Of a stretch of DNA of 64,000 nt, positions 1 to 12,522 are shown one piece after another. Each line of letters begins with the position of its first letter. The stretch's first letter is position 1. Under the pieces are notes generated by a model. That model was not told where the DNA came from. It saw only the letters and a list, made by a program, of their open reading frames with translations, and did not search any database. The stretch lies in NCBI GenBank assembly GCA_951406725.2, contig OX597832.1:52452001-52516000 (forward strand), given 5' to 3'. The DNA comes from Octopus vulgaris. Its lineage: Eukaryota. The position numbers and the translations under genes were made by a program.

Positions 1-182
1 TTCCCACCTGAACAGGACGTCGGTCCGTCGCAGGATTATTTATTTTTGTTAGCTGAATGAACTGAAACAAAGAGGAATGAAGTGATTTGCTCAAGAAATT
101 AACGCGTCGCCCGGTCCAGGAATCGAAACCCAATCTTATGATCATGAGTTCAACACCGAAAGCACTAAGCCACGCGCCTCCA
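1..182 (-). mobile_element. tRNA-derived SINE (family D), partial
   Basis: Minus strand begins GGAGGCGCGTGGCTTAGTG with B-box-like GGTTTCGATTCC. Related copies at about 37380-37665 and 41003-41109. Confidence 0.6.
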
Positions 183-964
183 CACATCATAGAACGGTTG
201 GGAATAGATGTGACTTTGTCGGAGCACTGGTCTGGATCATTCCAAGATATTTGACAGGATAGACCACATCTCCAAGACAAGCTCTTCAGGTATGAGTGCG
301 CCAACAGCCGAACCGAGATGTAAGCAGGGGTACGAAAGTGTTCTGCATGCAATCGTTAAGTGCCCGTGAGTTAGCGATGTGTGGACTTGTGTCAAACAGC
401 TGTTGCCTCCCGTGAGACGAATCCGGCTGTCTTTCGAGTGTATAGCAAAAACCGATGCGCTGCCTTCCTTTGGCAAGAGAAGGGAGGTAGATCTTTCTCT
501 GCTTAGAGGCTGTGGCGAAAGCGGTTGTGTGGTGGACCCGTCTGAAAGGTTTGAGAACAGGCACTTTCCTGTCTGGCCAAGCAATCGTTAATTTCTTCGA
601 GTATCATTTGAAAAAGAAGGTGAGGGTATAGGGGAAGGTGTTACCTTCTAGTGTTTTTATCGAAAGCTGGATGAGAGGAACAAGACCAGTGAGTCTAAAT
701 GGGCCTACCCTGGGTATGTTTTCTTTTTTCTTAGTAGGAGAAAAGAAACTGGAAAAAGACAGGTTTGATGTCCTGGGGATGACAGAATGATCCAGGCCTT
801 TTTGCACGGAGCTTTCCCCGAATACTCTACTTGGACTACTCCGCTGTTGAGAATTCTATTTTCATTTCTGAATTCTATGTTTATTTTTGAATTCTATTTT
901 TATATTTATTTTGTTTTCTCCTTGTTGTCGGTTCGCTTTTGATCGACGTAATTCCCACCCTATT

Positions 965-1467
965 GTTAGTTAGTTAGTTAATTAATTTTTGGGCTCAAAA
1001 GGCAAAAAGCAAGGCCATGTAGGGGGACATGGAGTTATGTACAGGGTGGTGTTCATGTAAAGAGTTCAGGCCACTTGTGATCAAGGGAGACTTTGAACCG
1101 AGCTGTCGTCGGCATCTTCACTATCTCGTCTGGCAGCTTATTCCACGGATCCGCATCCCGGACGGAGAAAGCCCCTCTCCTTCGATTGAGATTAAATCGT
1201 CGCAGATAGAGCTTTTCGGAGTGACCCCGCAGCCGACGCTTTGGAGCAGGAGTGAAGAACAGCTCTTTCGAGAGGTTACACTTTCCGCTTATGATGTTGT
1301 GAGCAAGAATGAGATCACCACGGCGTCGTCGTTTTTCTAGAGAATAAAGGTCGAGCGTCTTCAACCTTTATTCATAAGACAAATGCTTGAGACCAAGAAC
1401 CATGCGGGTAGCCAGCTTCTGGACTCTTTCGAGATGCTGTATGTATTTGAGGAGATAAGGAGAAGAG
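965..1467 (-). mobile_element. CR1/L2-clade LINE 3' end (ORF2 C-terminus)
   Basis: LYSLEKRRRRGDLI...RRGAFSVR...WNKLP...FK motif typical of the CR1 ORF2 C-terminus; short (AACT)n tail. Confidence 0.8.
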
Positions 1468-2769
1468 TGTTGTATTTTGTCCTTTCATATTGTCCTCAAT
1501 GTCTTAAAACCTCGGTGGGGGGGGGGGGTAAAAGAAATCAGCAGCAGCAGCGACAGTAGCAGCAGCAGTAGTGGTAGCAGTGAGATGGCAAGCTGGCAGA
1601 AACGTTAGCACGTTGGGCAAAGTGCTTAGCGGCATTTTGTCCGTTTTTTACGTTCTGAGTTCAAATTCCACCGAGGTCAACCTTGCCTTTCATCTTTTCG
1701 GGGTCGATAAAATATGTACCAGTTGAATACTGGGGCTTGATGTGATCGACTTATCCTCTTACCCTAAATTGCTGGCCTTGTGCCAAAATTCAAAATCATC
1801 ATCATCATCATTTTTAGGACAGTAGTTGGTGACAAGTCACAGTAGATTACTGGTATTTAATTACGTTCCTATACATTCGTTCTCAGTTCAAACTCTGTTG
1901 ATTTTTGTCTTCTGAACTCATAAAAGAGTCTCGCCCCAATCATATACTGATCGAACATATCAATTAAAATTCTTCCCTGCGTATTTGTTGGCGAGTGACG
2001 GTGCCATTATTACAGCCATAACCAGGAAGATAGATGTAACAACAACCAATAAGCAGTCAGCCAGTTCGTTAATCTAAAATCCTTTTAGAAACCCGTAGTT
2101 CGTTCCATGCACCCGAAAATGTCCTGTGAGTTAACGTTCTAAATTATTAAGATTTTGGAATTCCGCACCTATTGACTGAGTGATGTTCAAAGTAAACGAT
2201 TGAATTATTTGGAAAGGTCAAGTGCAATACAGTCTGATGTAATGGCATCTTATCTCTGACAGGAGAGACAAAGTATTCTGTCAGTTCAAGTTACTAAGAT
2301 ACAACTAAGAAATGCCAGACAGCCGAAAGTTCTACACTTCGACCGACATTTTATTTCGTTTATTTTAAATCGTCTTGATGTAATAGAATTATTTTAACGA
2401 TATTGTAATCGTTGTAATTATTATCGAAAATCATTTATAATTTTCTTCTCATTATCATTCAGTCAGACAAAATAATAATTTAACTTAAAATGGTTATAGA
2501 ATTTATTGTGTTCGTGTTTGAAAAATAACATTTTCGTTGTGTGAATTCAAAAAGAGAAGAATAATCATCGTGTCCATTAACGTATTCATGGGTGACAAAG
2601 AACGACTGCATGTTATGTCAATGTTTAAAATCATTTTAAAATTTCTTAACGAGAATTCATTCTTCCAAACATTGTTCACGCTTTTATTTATTCAATTTCC
2701 AAAATCAATAAATCAATTAATTGTCTCAAGCCATTACCATAAACAAGTTTAATGTCACGGTGTGCAGGT

Positions 2770-3500
2770 TCGTGAACAGGTGGGTCGATTTCACAGTGAA
2801 CGGGTGGTTCACTCGCACAGGGACAGGCGTAGTCACCTCATAGTAAACAGATGGCCCATTTTCACAGTGAGCAGGTAGTGGATCTTTTCGGTTTGAACGG
2901 CAGTTTTTTTTCTAGCGGTGTCATATGAAATTGTCACCCATAATTATGACCCTAGTATCGATCTATTGCATTTCAATTTGCTTTAGGGTTAGGGTTGGGG
3001 TTAGGGGTGGGGGGAAGGGTATCTTTTTTTTCTTCACAAATGTAAATAAACACAATCTGTTTCTTAAACGAGGGACATATTCATACGGCACAGAATGTTT
3101 TTTACCTCAATAGATTGGTTGAAATTGCAGAAATTGAAGAAAAACAACAACAAATATCTTACAAACCATAGAATTTTCTCAATGAAGCCAAGAGAAAAAG
3201 ATGTTTTATAAACACATTCTACCAGTATACGAAGTTTAAAATTTTTTAGTTACGTGGAAATTATGTTAAAAACTGCCGTTCAAACCGAAAAGATCCCAGG
3301 TAGTTAATTCTAGTGAACAGGTGGTTCACTCTCACCATGAACAGTTGTTTCAGTCTCATAGCAAACAGTGAGTTAATTTTCACAACGAACGGATGGTTTG
3401 ATCACATAGTTAACAAGTGATTTAATCTCTTAGTGAATAAGTGGTTCGATTTCCTAATGAACAATTAGTCCAATCTCATAGTAGGACAAGTGGTTAATTT
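2770..3500. repeat. Degenerate ~24-bp minisatellite (GTGAACAGGTGGTTCACTCTCACA-like) interrupted by a MITE
   Basis: About 13 imperfect units on either side of 2880-3296. Confidence 0.7.
2880..3296 (+). mobile_element. MITE with ~30-bp TIRs, 8-bp TSD and internal TTAGGG tract, copy 1
   Basis: TIR GGATCTTTTCGGTTTGAACGGCAGTTTTT; TSD CAGGTAGT at 2872-2879 and 3297-3304. Confidence 0.92.
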
Positions 3501-3517
3501 CATCATCATCATCATCA

Positions 3518-3578
<61 letters not shown>

Positions 3579-3833
3579 CATCATCATCATCATCATCATC
3601 ATCGTCCAGACGGCGAGCTGGCAGAATCGTTAGTACGTCAGGCGATGTGCTTAGCGGTATTTCGTCTGCCACTACGTTCTGAGTTCAAATTCCGCCGTGG
3701 TCGACTTTGCCTTTCATTCTTTCGGGGTCGATAAAGTAAATACCAGTTGCGCACTGGGGTCGATCTATTCGACTGGCCCCTTCCCAACAAATTTCAGGCC
3801 TTGTGCCTATAATAGAAAGGATTGTTATTATCA

Positions 3834-3900
<67 letters not shown>

Positions 3901-3901
<1 letters not shown>

Positions 3902-4590
3902 GTCTTTGCACAGCTTCTAACGTTAGAGATGTACTACGGTGTCAGCAGTTCACTACCAGTGAACTAAGTTAATATCCCTTATTTTTCGAGCACCATCCGA
4001 AGTATTCGAGTGGTTCCAAGCAGTGCTGTTTTCTACAAGTGCTCCATCCTTATTGCAGCCCCTATTTGTTCCATATATTTCTCGAGATTTTTACTCACTA
4101 TTTCCAGGGCTCCGATAATTATTGGTAGGTACTACTCCCACTTTTTTCAGTGACCACAACTGCTTAACCTCCCAAGTTAACCTGTCATATCTATCGACTT
4201 TTCTTTTTTTCTTTATCGCATAACTTGTTGTCATCTGGGCAGGCTATATCTATGATCCAGCATCATTCGCTTTCTTTTTCAATTAACACTATGTCTGGGT
4301 TTTCTATTCTCTATCTCATGGTCACACTGAATCATAAAATCCCATAGGATCTTTGCATTATCATTTTCGATGATGCCTTCGGGTTTATGTTCGTACCACT
4401 TTTTTGCTCTGTCAAGTCCATATTTGTTGCAAGGTGCCCAATGGACAACCCTTGCTACATTGTCATGACGTGTCTTATATTCTTTCTGAGCAAGTGGCGT
4501 ACATTGACTGGTAATATGCCATACGGTTTCACCATTTTGTCCACAAATTCTGCACTTATCGCTTTCTGATGTGTTGTCTATTCTGTATTT
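3901..4590 (-). mobile_element. R4/Dong-type (RLE) non-LTR retrotransposon 3' fragment
   Basis: Minus translation KCRICG..ETVWHITSQC (CCHC knuckle), RHDNV, LWDF, RKPDIVL..IIDIACP (PD-D/ExK nuclease); runs into an (AAT)n tail at 3830-3900. Confidence 0.82.
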
Positions 4591-4744
4591 GTGGTACTTA
4601 ATTTATCGATCCCGAAAGGATGAAAGGCAAAGTCGACCTCGGCGGAATTTGAACTAAGAACGTAAAGACAGAACAAATACTGCTAAGAATTTCGCCCGGC
4701 ATGCTAACGTTTCTGCCAGCTCGCCGCCTTATATATCATATATA

Positions 4745-4950
4745 TATATGTGTGACCGCGTGTGTACCGTTGGCGATCCTCCGTCTACCCTTCTTTGGAT
4801 CTTTCCTTTTCCTATGTTTCTGACGAAGAGCTCCGCTCGAAACGTTAAACCATCCTTCTTTCCTTCTTTCCTGAGCGTCCAATAACACTATACTTGTTCC
4901 ACGTCCTTGCGTTGTTGTGTTTTCTCTTTGTGTTTTCATGTTTGGATTAA
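4745..4950 (+). mobile_element. ~200-bp (TA)n-embedded element with a minimal hammerhead motif (Penelope pLTR-like)
   Basis: GTTT-CTGACGA-A-GAGC-TCC-GCTC-GAAA-CGT-T-AAAC at 4816-4850; homologous copies at 62353-62550(-) and 22659-22737(-, partial). Confidence 0.7.
4816..4850 (+). ncRNA. Minimal type-I hammerhead ribozyme motif
   Basis: Core CUGACGA and GAAA; helix II GAGC/GCUC; helix I GUUU/AAAC; palindromic ACGU helix III. Confidence 0.62.
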
Positions 4951-4962
4951 CTTTATATATAT

Positions 4963-5117
<155 letters not shown>

Positions 5118-6101
5118 CTATTATTTAAAACTAAAGAAAATTTAAACAAATGTGTGAAATAAAAAATATATTTAAAATATTTTTATGCTTCACAATCTCT
5201 ACGAAATTACATAAAAAGTTGGGGAATTTTTTTTTTTTCTATTACGATCAAACTGCTCTTGCCTGAAGCAGACCATGCATAGATGCCAACCGGTTGACAA
5301 ATATCAGACAAGTCATTATCAGAAATAAGAGAATCACTGATACATCTCAATAATTATCATCGCGTCTGTTCACTGGCCAATCATTAGTGTCAACACGGGG
5401 ATGATGAGTAGATCTTTATCAATGACTTCAAAGAGGATATTCATAAACGTTTGGGTTCGTTGTTACAGAAATCCATCTACAGCTATAACTCTCAATATAA
5501 CGATAGACATCTAAAGAAGAGTATCATCCATATCAATTTTATACGTGATACACCATGAAACACCGAAACAGGTGCCATTAAATTAGCAATTATATAGATA
5601 AGATCTCGAGTACAGAGTCAGCTGTTCCCACAAGCTAGTGTGCAGAGAAATATCTAAGCAATAATACGTGAAGGAGCATGAAACGGGTGCAAATTGTAGA
5701 GAGAAAAAAAATTGTATAATTGTTGTAGATCGCTTCCGGGGCGATTTCGTTTCGCCTGGTTCTGAAGTATATTTTGTTTTAACACAATACGTCTACAAAG
5801 GGATTTTTCTCGGACGAAAAACTGCAGCCTCTGGATTTTTCAATGACACACATATATTAACTATGTTATATATATAAAAAAAAAAAAAAGATTTTACTCT
5901 AAAGCAGCTTCTATTGCATAATTAGAATTTTATTCTGTTTAAGCAGCGTCATTTCTACTTCTATATACTTCATACTGGTTGATTCGATCTTGTTTCGGAA
6001 GCGACACGTGTACGTGATATTGTCAAGGACAACAACGGCAAAATAGCTATCTGTCGGTCTTGCAGTCGCTTCCGGAGCGAATTTCGTCTTGAATTTTGTT
6101 A

Positions 6102-6532
6102 GGATCTTTTCGGTTTGAACGGCAGTTTTTTCTAGCGGTGTCATATGAAATTGTTACCCATAATTATGACCCTAGTATCGATCTATAGTATTTCAATCTG
6201 TTTTAGGGTTAGGGTTAGTTAGGGTTAGGGTTAGGGGTGGGGGGAAGGATATCGTTTTTTTCTTCACAAATGTAAATAAACCCAATCTGTTTCTTAAACG
6301 AGGGACATATTCATACGGCACAGAATGTTTTTACCTCAATAGACGTCATTGATTGGTTGAAATTGCAGAAATTGAAGAAAAAACAATAAATATCTTACAA
6401 ACCATAGAATTTTCTCAATAAAGCCAATAGAAAAAGATGTTTTATAAACACATTCTACCAGTATACGAAGTTTAACATTTTTTAGTTACCTAGAAATTAT
6501 GTTAAAAACTGCCGTTCAAACCGAAAAGATCC
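6102..6532 (+). mobile_element. TTAGGG-containing MITE, copy 2
   Basis: Same TIRs; TSD TTTTGTTA at 6094-6101 and 6533-6540. Confidence 0.92.
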
Positions 6533-6833
6533 TTTTGTTACAAGTATCGTATAAAGAACGGATCAACAAAATAATATAATTTTCTAATAGCAAAAGAACT
6601 CAGTTTTTCATTCGTGTGTTTTCTATTACATCCTTGTTTATTTTCTTTCCTCTCTGTAATGATGTCTGTTATTTGTAGGTTATTATTGTCAGCATTGTAG
6701 GGTGAAATTTTCCATTTACAAAACATTTGTTGACACCTTGTAACATTTGAACCAAGATTCATTCTATTAAAGCAACTCAGTTAAATTAGTTAAGGGCAGA
6801 CATTACATGGAACGAATTTATATTGGAAAGTAC

Positions 6834-7258
6834 GGATCTTTTCGGTTTGAACGGCAATTTTTAACATCATTTCTAGGTAACTAAAAAATTTTAAACTTCG
6901 TATACTGGTAGAATGTGTTTATAAAACATCTTTTTCTCTTGGCTTTATTGAGAAAATTCTATAGTTTGTAAGATATTTGTCGTTTTTTTCTTCAATTTCT
7001 GCAATTTCAACCAATCACCTCTTGAGGTGAAAACATTCTGTGCCGTATGAATATGTCCCTCGTTTAAGAAACAGATTGGGTTTATTTACATTTGTGAAGA
7101 AAAAAAGATACCCTTCTCCCCACCCCTAACCCTAACCCTAACTAACCCTAACCCTAAAACAGATTGAAATGCAATAGATCGATACTAGGGTCATAATTAT
7201 GAGTGACAATTTCATATGACAGCGCTAGAAAAAGCTGCCGTTCAAACCGAAAAGATAC
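6834..7258 (-). mobile_element. TTAGGG-containing MITE, copy 3, flanked by a 129-bp direct repeat
   Basis: Same TIRs; 6705-6833 is duplicated at 7259-7387. Confidence 0.9.
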
Positions 7259-7586
7259 AAATTTTCCATTTACAAAACATTTGTTGATACCTTGTAACAT
7301 CTGTACCAAGATTCATTCTATTAAAGCAACTCGGTTAAATTAGTTAAGGGCAGACATTACATGGAACGGATTTCTATTGGAAAGTACATCTTTTGATAAT
7401 GGTTGATAAATTTTTAGAGTTCCTTCTTTACTTCAGGTATGTCTGCTGCACCTGCTTATTATCAGAACCGCCTTGAAGATGTGGGGGAAAATTCCGTGCA
7501 GTACTTCCTTCGGCTCTTTAAGTTATGAGTTCAAATCCCGCCGAGACTAACTTTGCTTTTCATCCTTTTAGGGTCAATAAATAAAG

Positions 7587-8011
7587 GGATCTTTTCGGTT
7601 TGAACGGCAGTTTTTTTTAAATAATTTCCACGTAACTAAACACTTTTAAACTTCATATACTGGTAGAATGTGTTTATAAAACATCTTTTTCTCTTGGCTT
7701 TATTGAGAAAATTCTATGGTTTGTAAGATATTTGTTGTTGTTTTTTCTTCAATTTCTGCAATTTCAACCAATCAATGATGTCTATTGAGCTGAAAACATT
7801 CTGTACCGTATGAATATGTCCCTCGTTTAAGAAACAGATTGGATTTATTTACATTTGTGAAGAAAAAAGATACCCTTCCCCCCACCCTTAGCCCTAACCC
7901 TAACCCTAAAACAGATTGAAATGCAATAGATCGATACTAGGGTCATAATTATGGGTGACAATTTCATATGACACCGCTAGAAAAAAACTGCCCTTCAAAC
8001 CGAAAATATCC
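7587..8011 (-). mobile_element. TTAGGG-containing MITE, copy 4, inserted in an old SINE-A
   Basis: TSD AAATAAAG at 7579-7586 and 8012-8019. Confidence 0.92.
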
Positions 8012-8434
8012 AAATAAAGTACCAATCAAGATATTTAATCGACTAATCTATCCCGTAGGTTATTAGTACTACCTAATGTATTATAAAGAAGTGTATACAG
8101 ATCGAGGACCCACAGAAATCATACTGCTGGTTGCTCACAAAGAAAATACATTCTAGGTATGGTGCGATCGTTTACCACTGTTACCATCTCGTGCGTTTGT
8201 TAATTTAAAATCCTATTCGTACAAATCAATGCATGTTTTGTTTATCAATGTCTATACTGGAACAAATATTTTATATTTAGCTCGAAACACCGGAGGTATT
8301 CATCACTGAGGAGACTAAATAAGTTCTAAACATTGCGTCTGGCGATTCACGGGCGTTATGAGTGATGCCTTGGGTTTTTAACACGGAAACTTCTTTGACA
8401 TACTTCTCCGTGACATAATATTACAGCTAGTTTA

Positions 8435-8668
8435 AGACGGCGAGCTGGCAGAAACGTTAGCACGCCGGGCCAAATGCTTAGCGGTATTTCGTCTGCCGTT
8501 ACGCTCTGAGTTCAAATTCCGCCGAGGTCGACTTTGCCTTTCATCCTTTCGGGGTCGATAAATTAAGTACCAGTCGCGCACTGGAGTCGACGTAATCGAC
8601 TTAATCCCTTTGTCTGTCCTTGTTTGCCCCCTCTGTGTTTAGCTCCTTGCGGACAATAAAGAAATAAG
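8435..8668 (+). mobile_element. tRNA-derived SINE family A (representative copy)
   Basis: Head GGCGAGCTGGCAGAA, B-box GAGTTCAAATTCC, central GCCTTTCATCCTTTCGGGGTCGATAAA..AGTACCAG, A-rich tail; TSD AATATTACAG(C/T)TAGTT. About 20 further copies, e.g. 1585, 3608, 4590(-), 9880, 13835(-), 14090, 20334, 24002, 40769(-), 46934, 47891, 54785(-), 56270, 56820(-), 61260(-), 61485(-). Confidence 0.9.
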
Positions 8669-9185
8669 AATATTACAGTTAGTTCCGTTCCATATATGTA
8701 TACACACTATAAATACTACACACGTTGGTATTTTAATGTCAAGCCGTTTCAAGATCGTAAATCAATTTAATTAAAATTTAAAGTGGTAATTCGGTCTTGC
8801 ACGGGTCGGAGAGGTCGACCTTCTTAAGAACAAAGCAGTTCGTCACCAAACTTCTTTCAGGAGAATAGAATTAAAACATAGCAGTATCTTTGTCTTTTCC
8901 TTGTTTTAATCGTTGGCCGGCGGCCATGGTGAGGCACTGCTTTGAAGTGTTTTAGTCGAACAAATGGCCCCACCCCAATTTCGTTTTAAATCTGGTTCCT
9001 ATTTTATTGGACTCATTCGCTATTAACACTGATTATCATGCAGTGGTGGAGGGGGGGACAGACACAAGCACCAACATACACACACGCATACATACACACA
9101 CATATATACACTAAATATATATATATATATACACTTAAATATATATATATACACATACATTTATATACCTCTATATATATATAAT

Positions 9186-9263
<78 letters not shown>

Positions 9264-9326
9264 TATACATATACATCTGTGCAGATGTATACACACACAC
9301 ATATACACACATACACACACACACAC

Positions 9327-9359
<33 letters not shown>

Positions 9360-9385
9360 CATTATATATATATATATATATATAC

Positions 9386-9431
<46 letters not shown>

Positions 9432-9494
9432 CATGTATGTATGTATGTATGTATGCATGCATGTATATATATGAGATATAAATGTGGGATAACA

Positions 9495-9793
9495 GTTTCA
9501 CTTTAATAGTTTCAGTATTAATAATGAAACTATTAAACTGAAAGTATTTCGCATTACAACAGAGATATTATGGTTTCACTTTTGATACGTAATAGAGATA
9601 AGAGATTGCTCCGGGCTCGTATTAAGCAAGAAGTTGAAAGTTTTTTGGGCCCATGACACAGCATGGACCCTAAGTAAGGCATGTGTAAAATTCGAATGAA
9701 ATCGGTTGGGTAGTTCTTGAGTTTTAGTGATACACACATACAAACACACACGCAGGCAGACAGACAGGCATTCTCATTTTTATATATATAGAT
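9495..9793 (+). mobile_element. Possible Helitron/Helentron-derived non-autonomous 3' end
   Basis: AAATTCGAATGAAATCGGTT..GTAGTT..GAGTT, then an (ACAG)n tract and terminal TATATATAGAT, resembling Lep1-like elements; hairpins near 9496-9543 and 9647-9670. Confidence 0.35.
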
Positions 9794-10101
9794 GATGCAA
9801 ATCCCACTAAACCCTGTATTCATGTTTCCAGTGTGTTTAATTCATCATCAAAAAATGCTGTTGCATCTAAATCTTCTAAAGAGGTGTGCTAGCAGAAGAA
9901 CCGTTAGGATGTCGGGCAAAATGCTTAGCAGTATTTCTCCCAGCGTTTTACTTTCTGAGTTCAAATTCCACCGAAGTCAGTTTTGCTTTAATCCTTTCCG
10001 GGACGATAAAATAAGTACCAGTAAAATACTGGGGTCGATATAATCGATTATCCCTCTCATCCAAAATTTCAGGCATTGTAATCATAATAGAAAGAAATAT
10101 A

Positions 10102-10384
10102 GTTCTATATTTAAGGGATGAGGAATTCTGTACATTATTTACATTATTTACATCCGACGGATATTTGTCCTCATCTTGTTTGTTGTTGACACAACGTTTC
10201 GGCTGATGTACCCTCCAGCCTTCATCAGGTGTCTTGGGGAAATTTTGAACCTGGGTTCTCATTCCAGTAACTCCTCTTATATATTCTAGGAATGAATGCT
10301 GGAGGGTATATCAGCTGAAACGTTGTCTTAACAACAAACAAGGTGAGGACAAATATCCGTCAAACGTAAATAAAGTAAATAATG
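10102..10384. mobile_element. Fold-back hammerhead element, locus 1 (internally deleted)
   Basis: Inverted arms; intact hammerhead motif at 10188-10233(-); TSD TAGAAAGAAATATA at 10088-10101 and 10385-10398. Confidence 0.8.
10188..10233 (-). ncRNA. Minimal type-I hammerhead ribozyme motif
   Basis: GACAC-CUGAUGA-A-GGCUG-(10-nt loop)-CAGCC-GAAA-CGU-U-GUGUC: perfect 5-bp helices I and II and an intact core. Confidence 0.75.
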
Positions 10385-10602
10385 TAGAAAGAAATATATC
10401 CAAATATTTTCGTTTCAAGTATATACAAACAATTAGACCTAACTGGTGTCGCATTCTCAGCGGTTGTGTCGTACATGAAGGTCTTGGGGGCAATAATGCT
10501 GTTCCTTATTTCATGCTTCAATCAATTTTTACCATTTTTCTCCGTCACTTATTTTTCGGGTGATTCGATTGTTTTCCAGAAAGTTCCAATCAAAGATTGG
10601 TT

Positions 10603-10648
<46 letters not shown>

Positions 10649-10944
10649 AGTAATGCGTTTTCAATAATCTCGCATTCACATGAATACACATACATATGTA
10701 TGTATATCGTTTGCTTCTTTCAGTCATTGGACTGCGGCCATACTGGAGCACAGCCTTGATGTGTTGTAAGTCGAACAAATTGCCCCCACACAGTTTCAGT
10801 CAACGAAATTCACTCGCAAGGCATTGGTCGGCACAAGGCTGGCTACTAGTAAAAGACACTTGCTCAAGGTGCCGCGCAGTGGGACTGAACCCGGAACCAC
10901 GGAATAGCACGGCGAGCTTCTTAAGCACACAGCCATGCAAATGC

Positions 10945-11540
10945 ATACATACATACATACATACATACATACATACATACATACATGCATGCATGCATAC
11001 ATACATACATACATACATACATACATACGTACGTACGTACATACGTACGTACGTACATACGTACGTACATACATACATACATACATACATACATACATAC
11101 ATACATACATACATACATACATACATACATACATAAATACACGCTTGAAAAAATACATACGCACACAGACATATAGATACACACATGCATACGTACATAC
11201 ACACACATACATACTTACATACACACATACATACACACACATACATACATACATACATACATACATACATACATACATACATACATACATACATACATAC
11301 ATACATACTTATATAAATACATGCCTGCCAAAATACATACGCACACAGACACATAGATACATACATACATACATACATACATACATACATACATACTTTA
11401 TAAATACAGACATGCAAAAATACATACGCACATAGATACACACATATATACACATACATACATACATACATACATACATACATACATACATACATACATA
11501 CATACATACATACATGCATACATGAATGCATACATGTATG
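10945..11540. repeat. Compound (CATA)n microsatellite
   Basis: Direct reading. Confidence 0.95.
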
Positions 11541-11983
11541 CACTCATAGATACATAAACAGATATGTGTGTGCGTATGTGTGCGTATATGGGGTGAGTTA
11601 AGGGTACATCATTATTTAATATTATTCTACATATGTACCGACTGATAAACAGCTAAAATGACAAACAGGCTGCTTTGCATATGCAAATAGGCAGATATAA
11701 TGGAGTTACAATATATTACATGCCATGCCAACTGAAGCTATTTCAATCAACTCAAAAACAAAAGCGTACGTACACGCATACACACACAGGGATAGAAACG
11801 TAGGTATGGGTGTATGTGCACACACATACATATGCATATATGTGTGTGAGTGTGTGTGTGTATGTATGTATGTGTTTGTTATATAAGTATATGTATGTAA
11901 ACATGTATATCTATATATACATACACACGCACATACTTATATATACATACATATGTATACATGTATGCATATATATATGTATA

Positions 11984-12522
<539 letters not shown>

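Noticed and set aside
186-830. ORFs 237..584, 286..564 and 604..807 as a host gene
   Set aside because: Broken frames with no recognisable domain; probably decayed retroelement sequence, but it cannot be classified by eye.
6203-6244. True telomere or chromosome-fusion scar
   Set aside because: Only a few TTAGGG units, always at the same internal position of the MITE.
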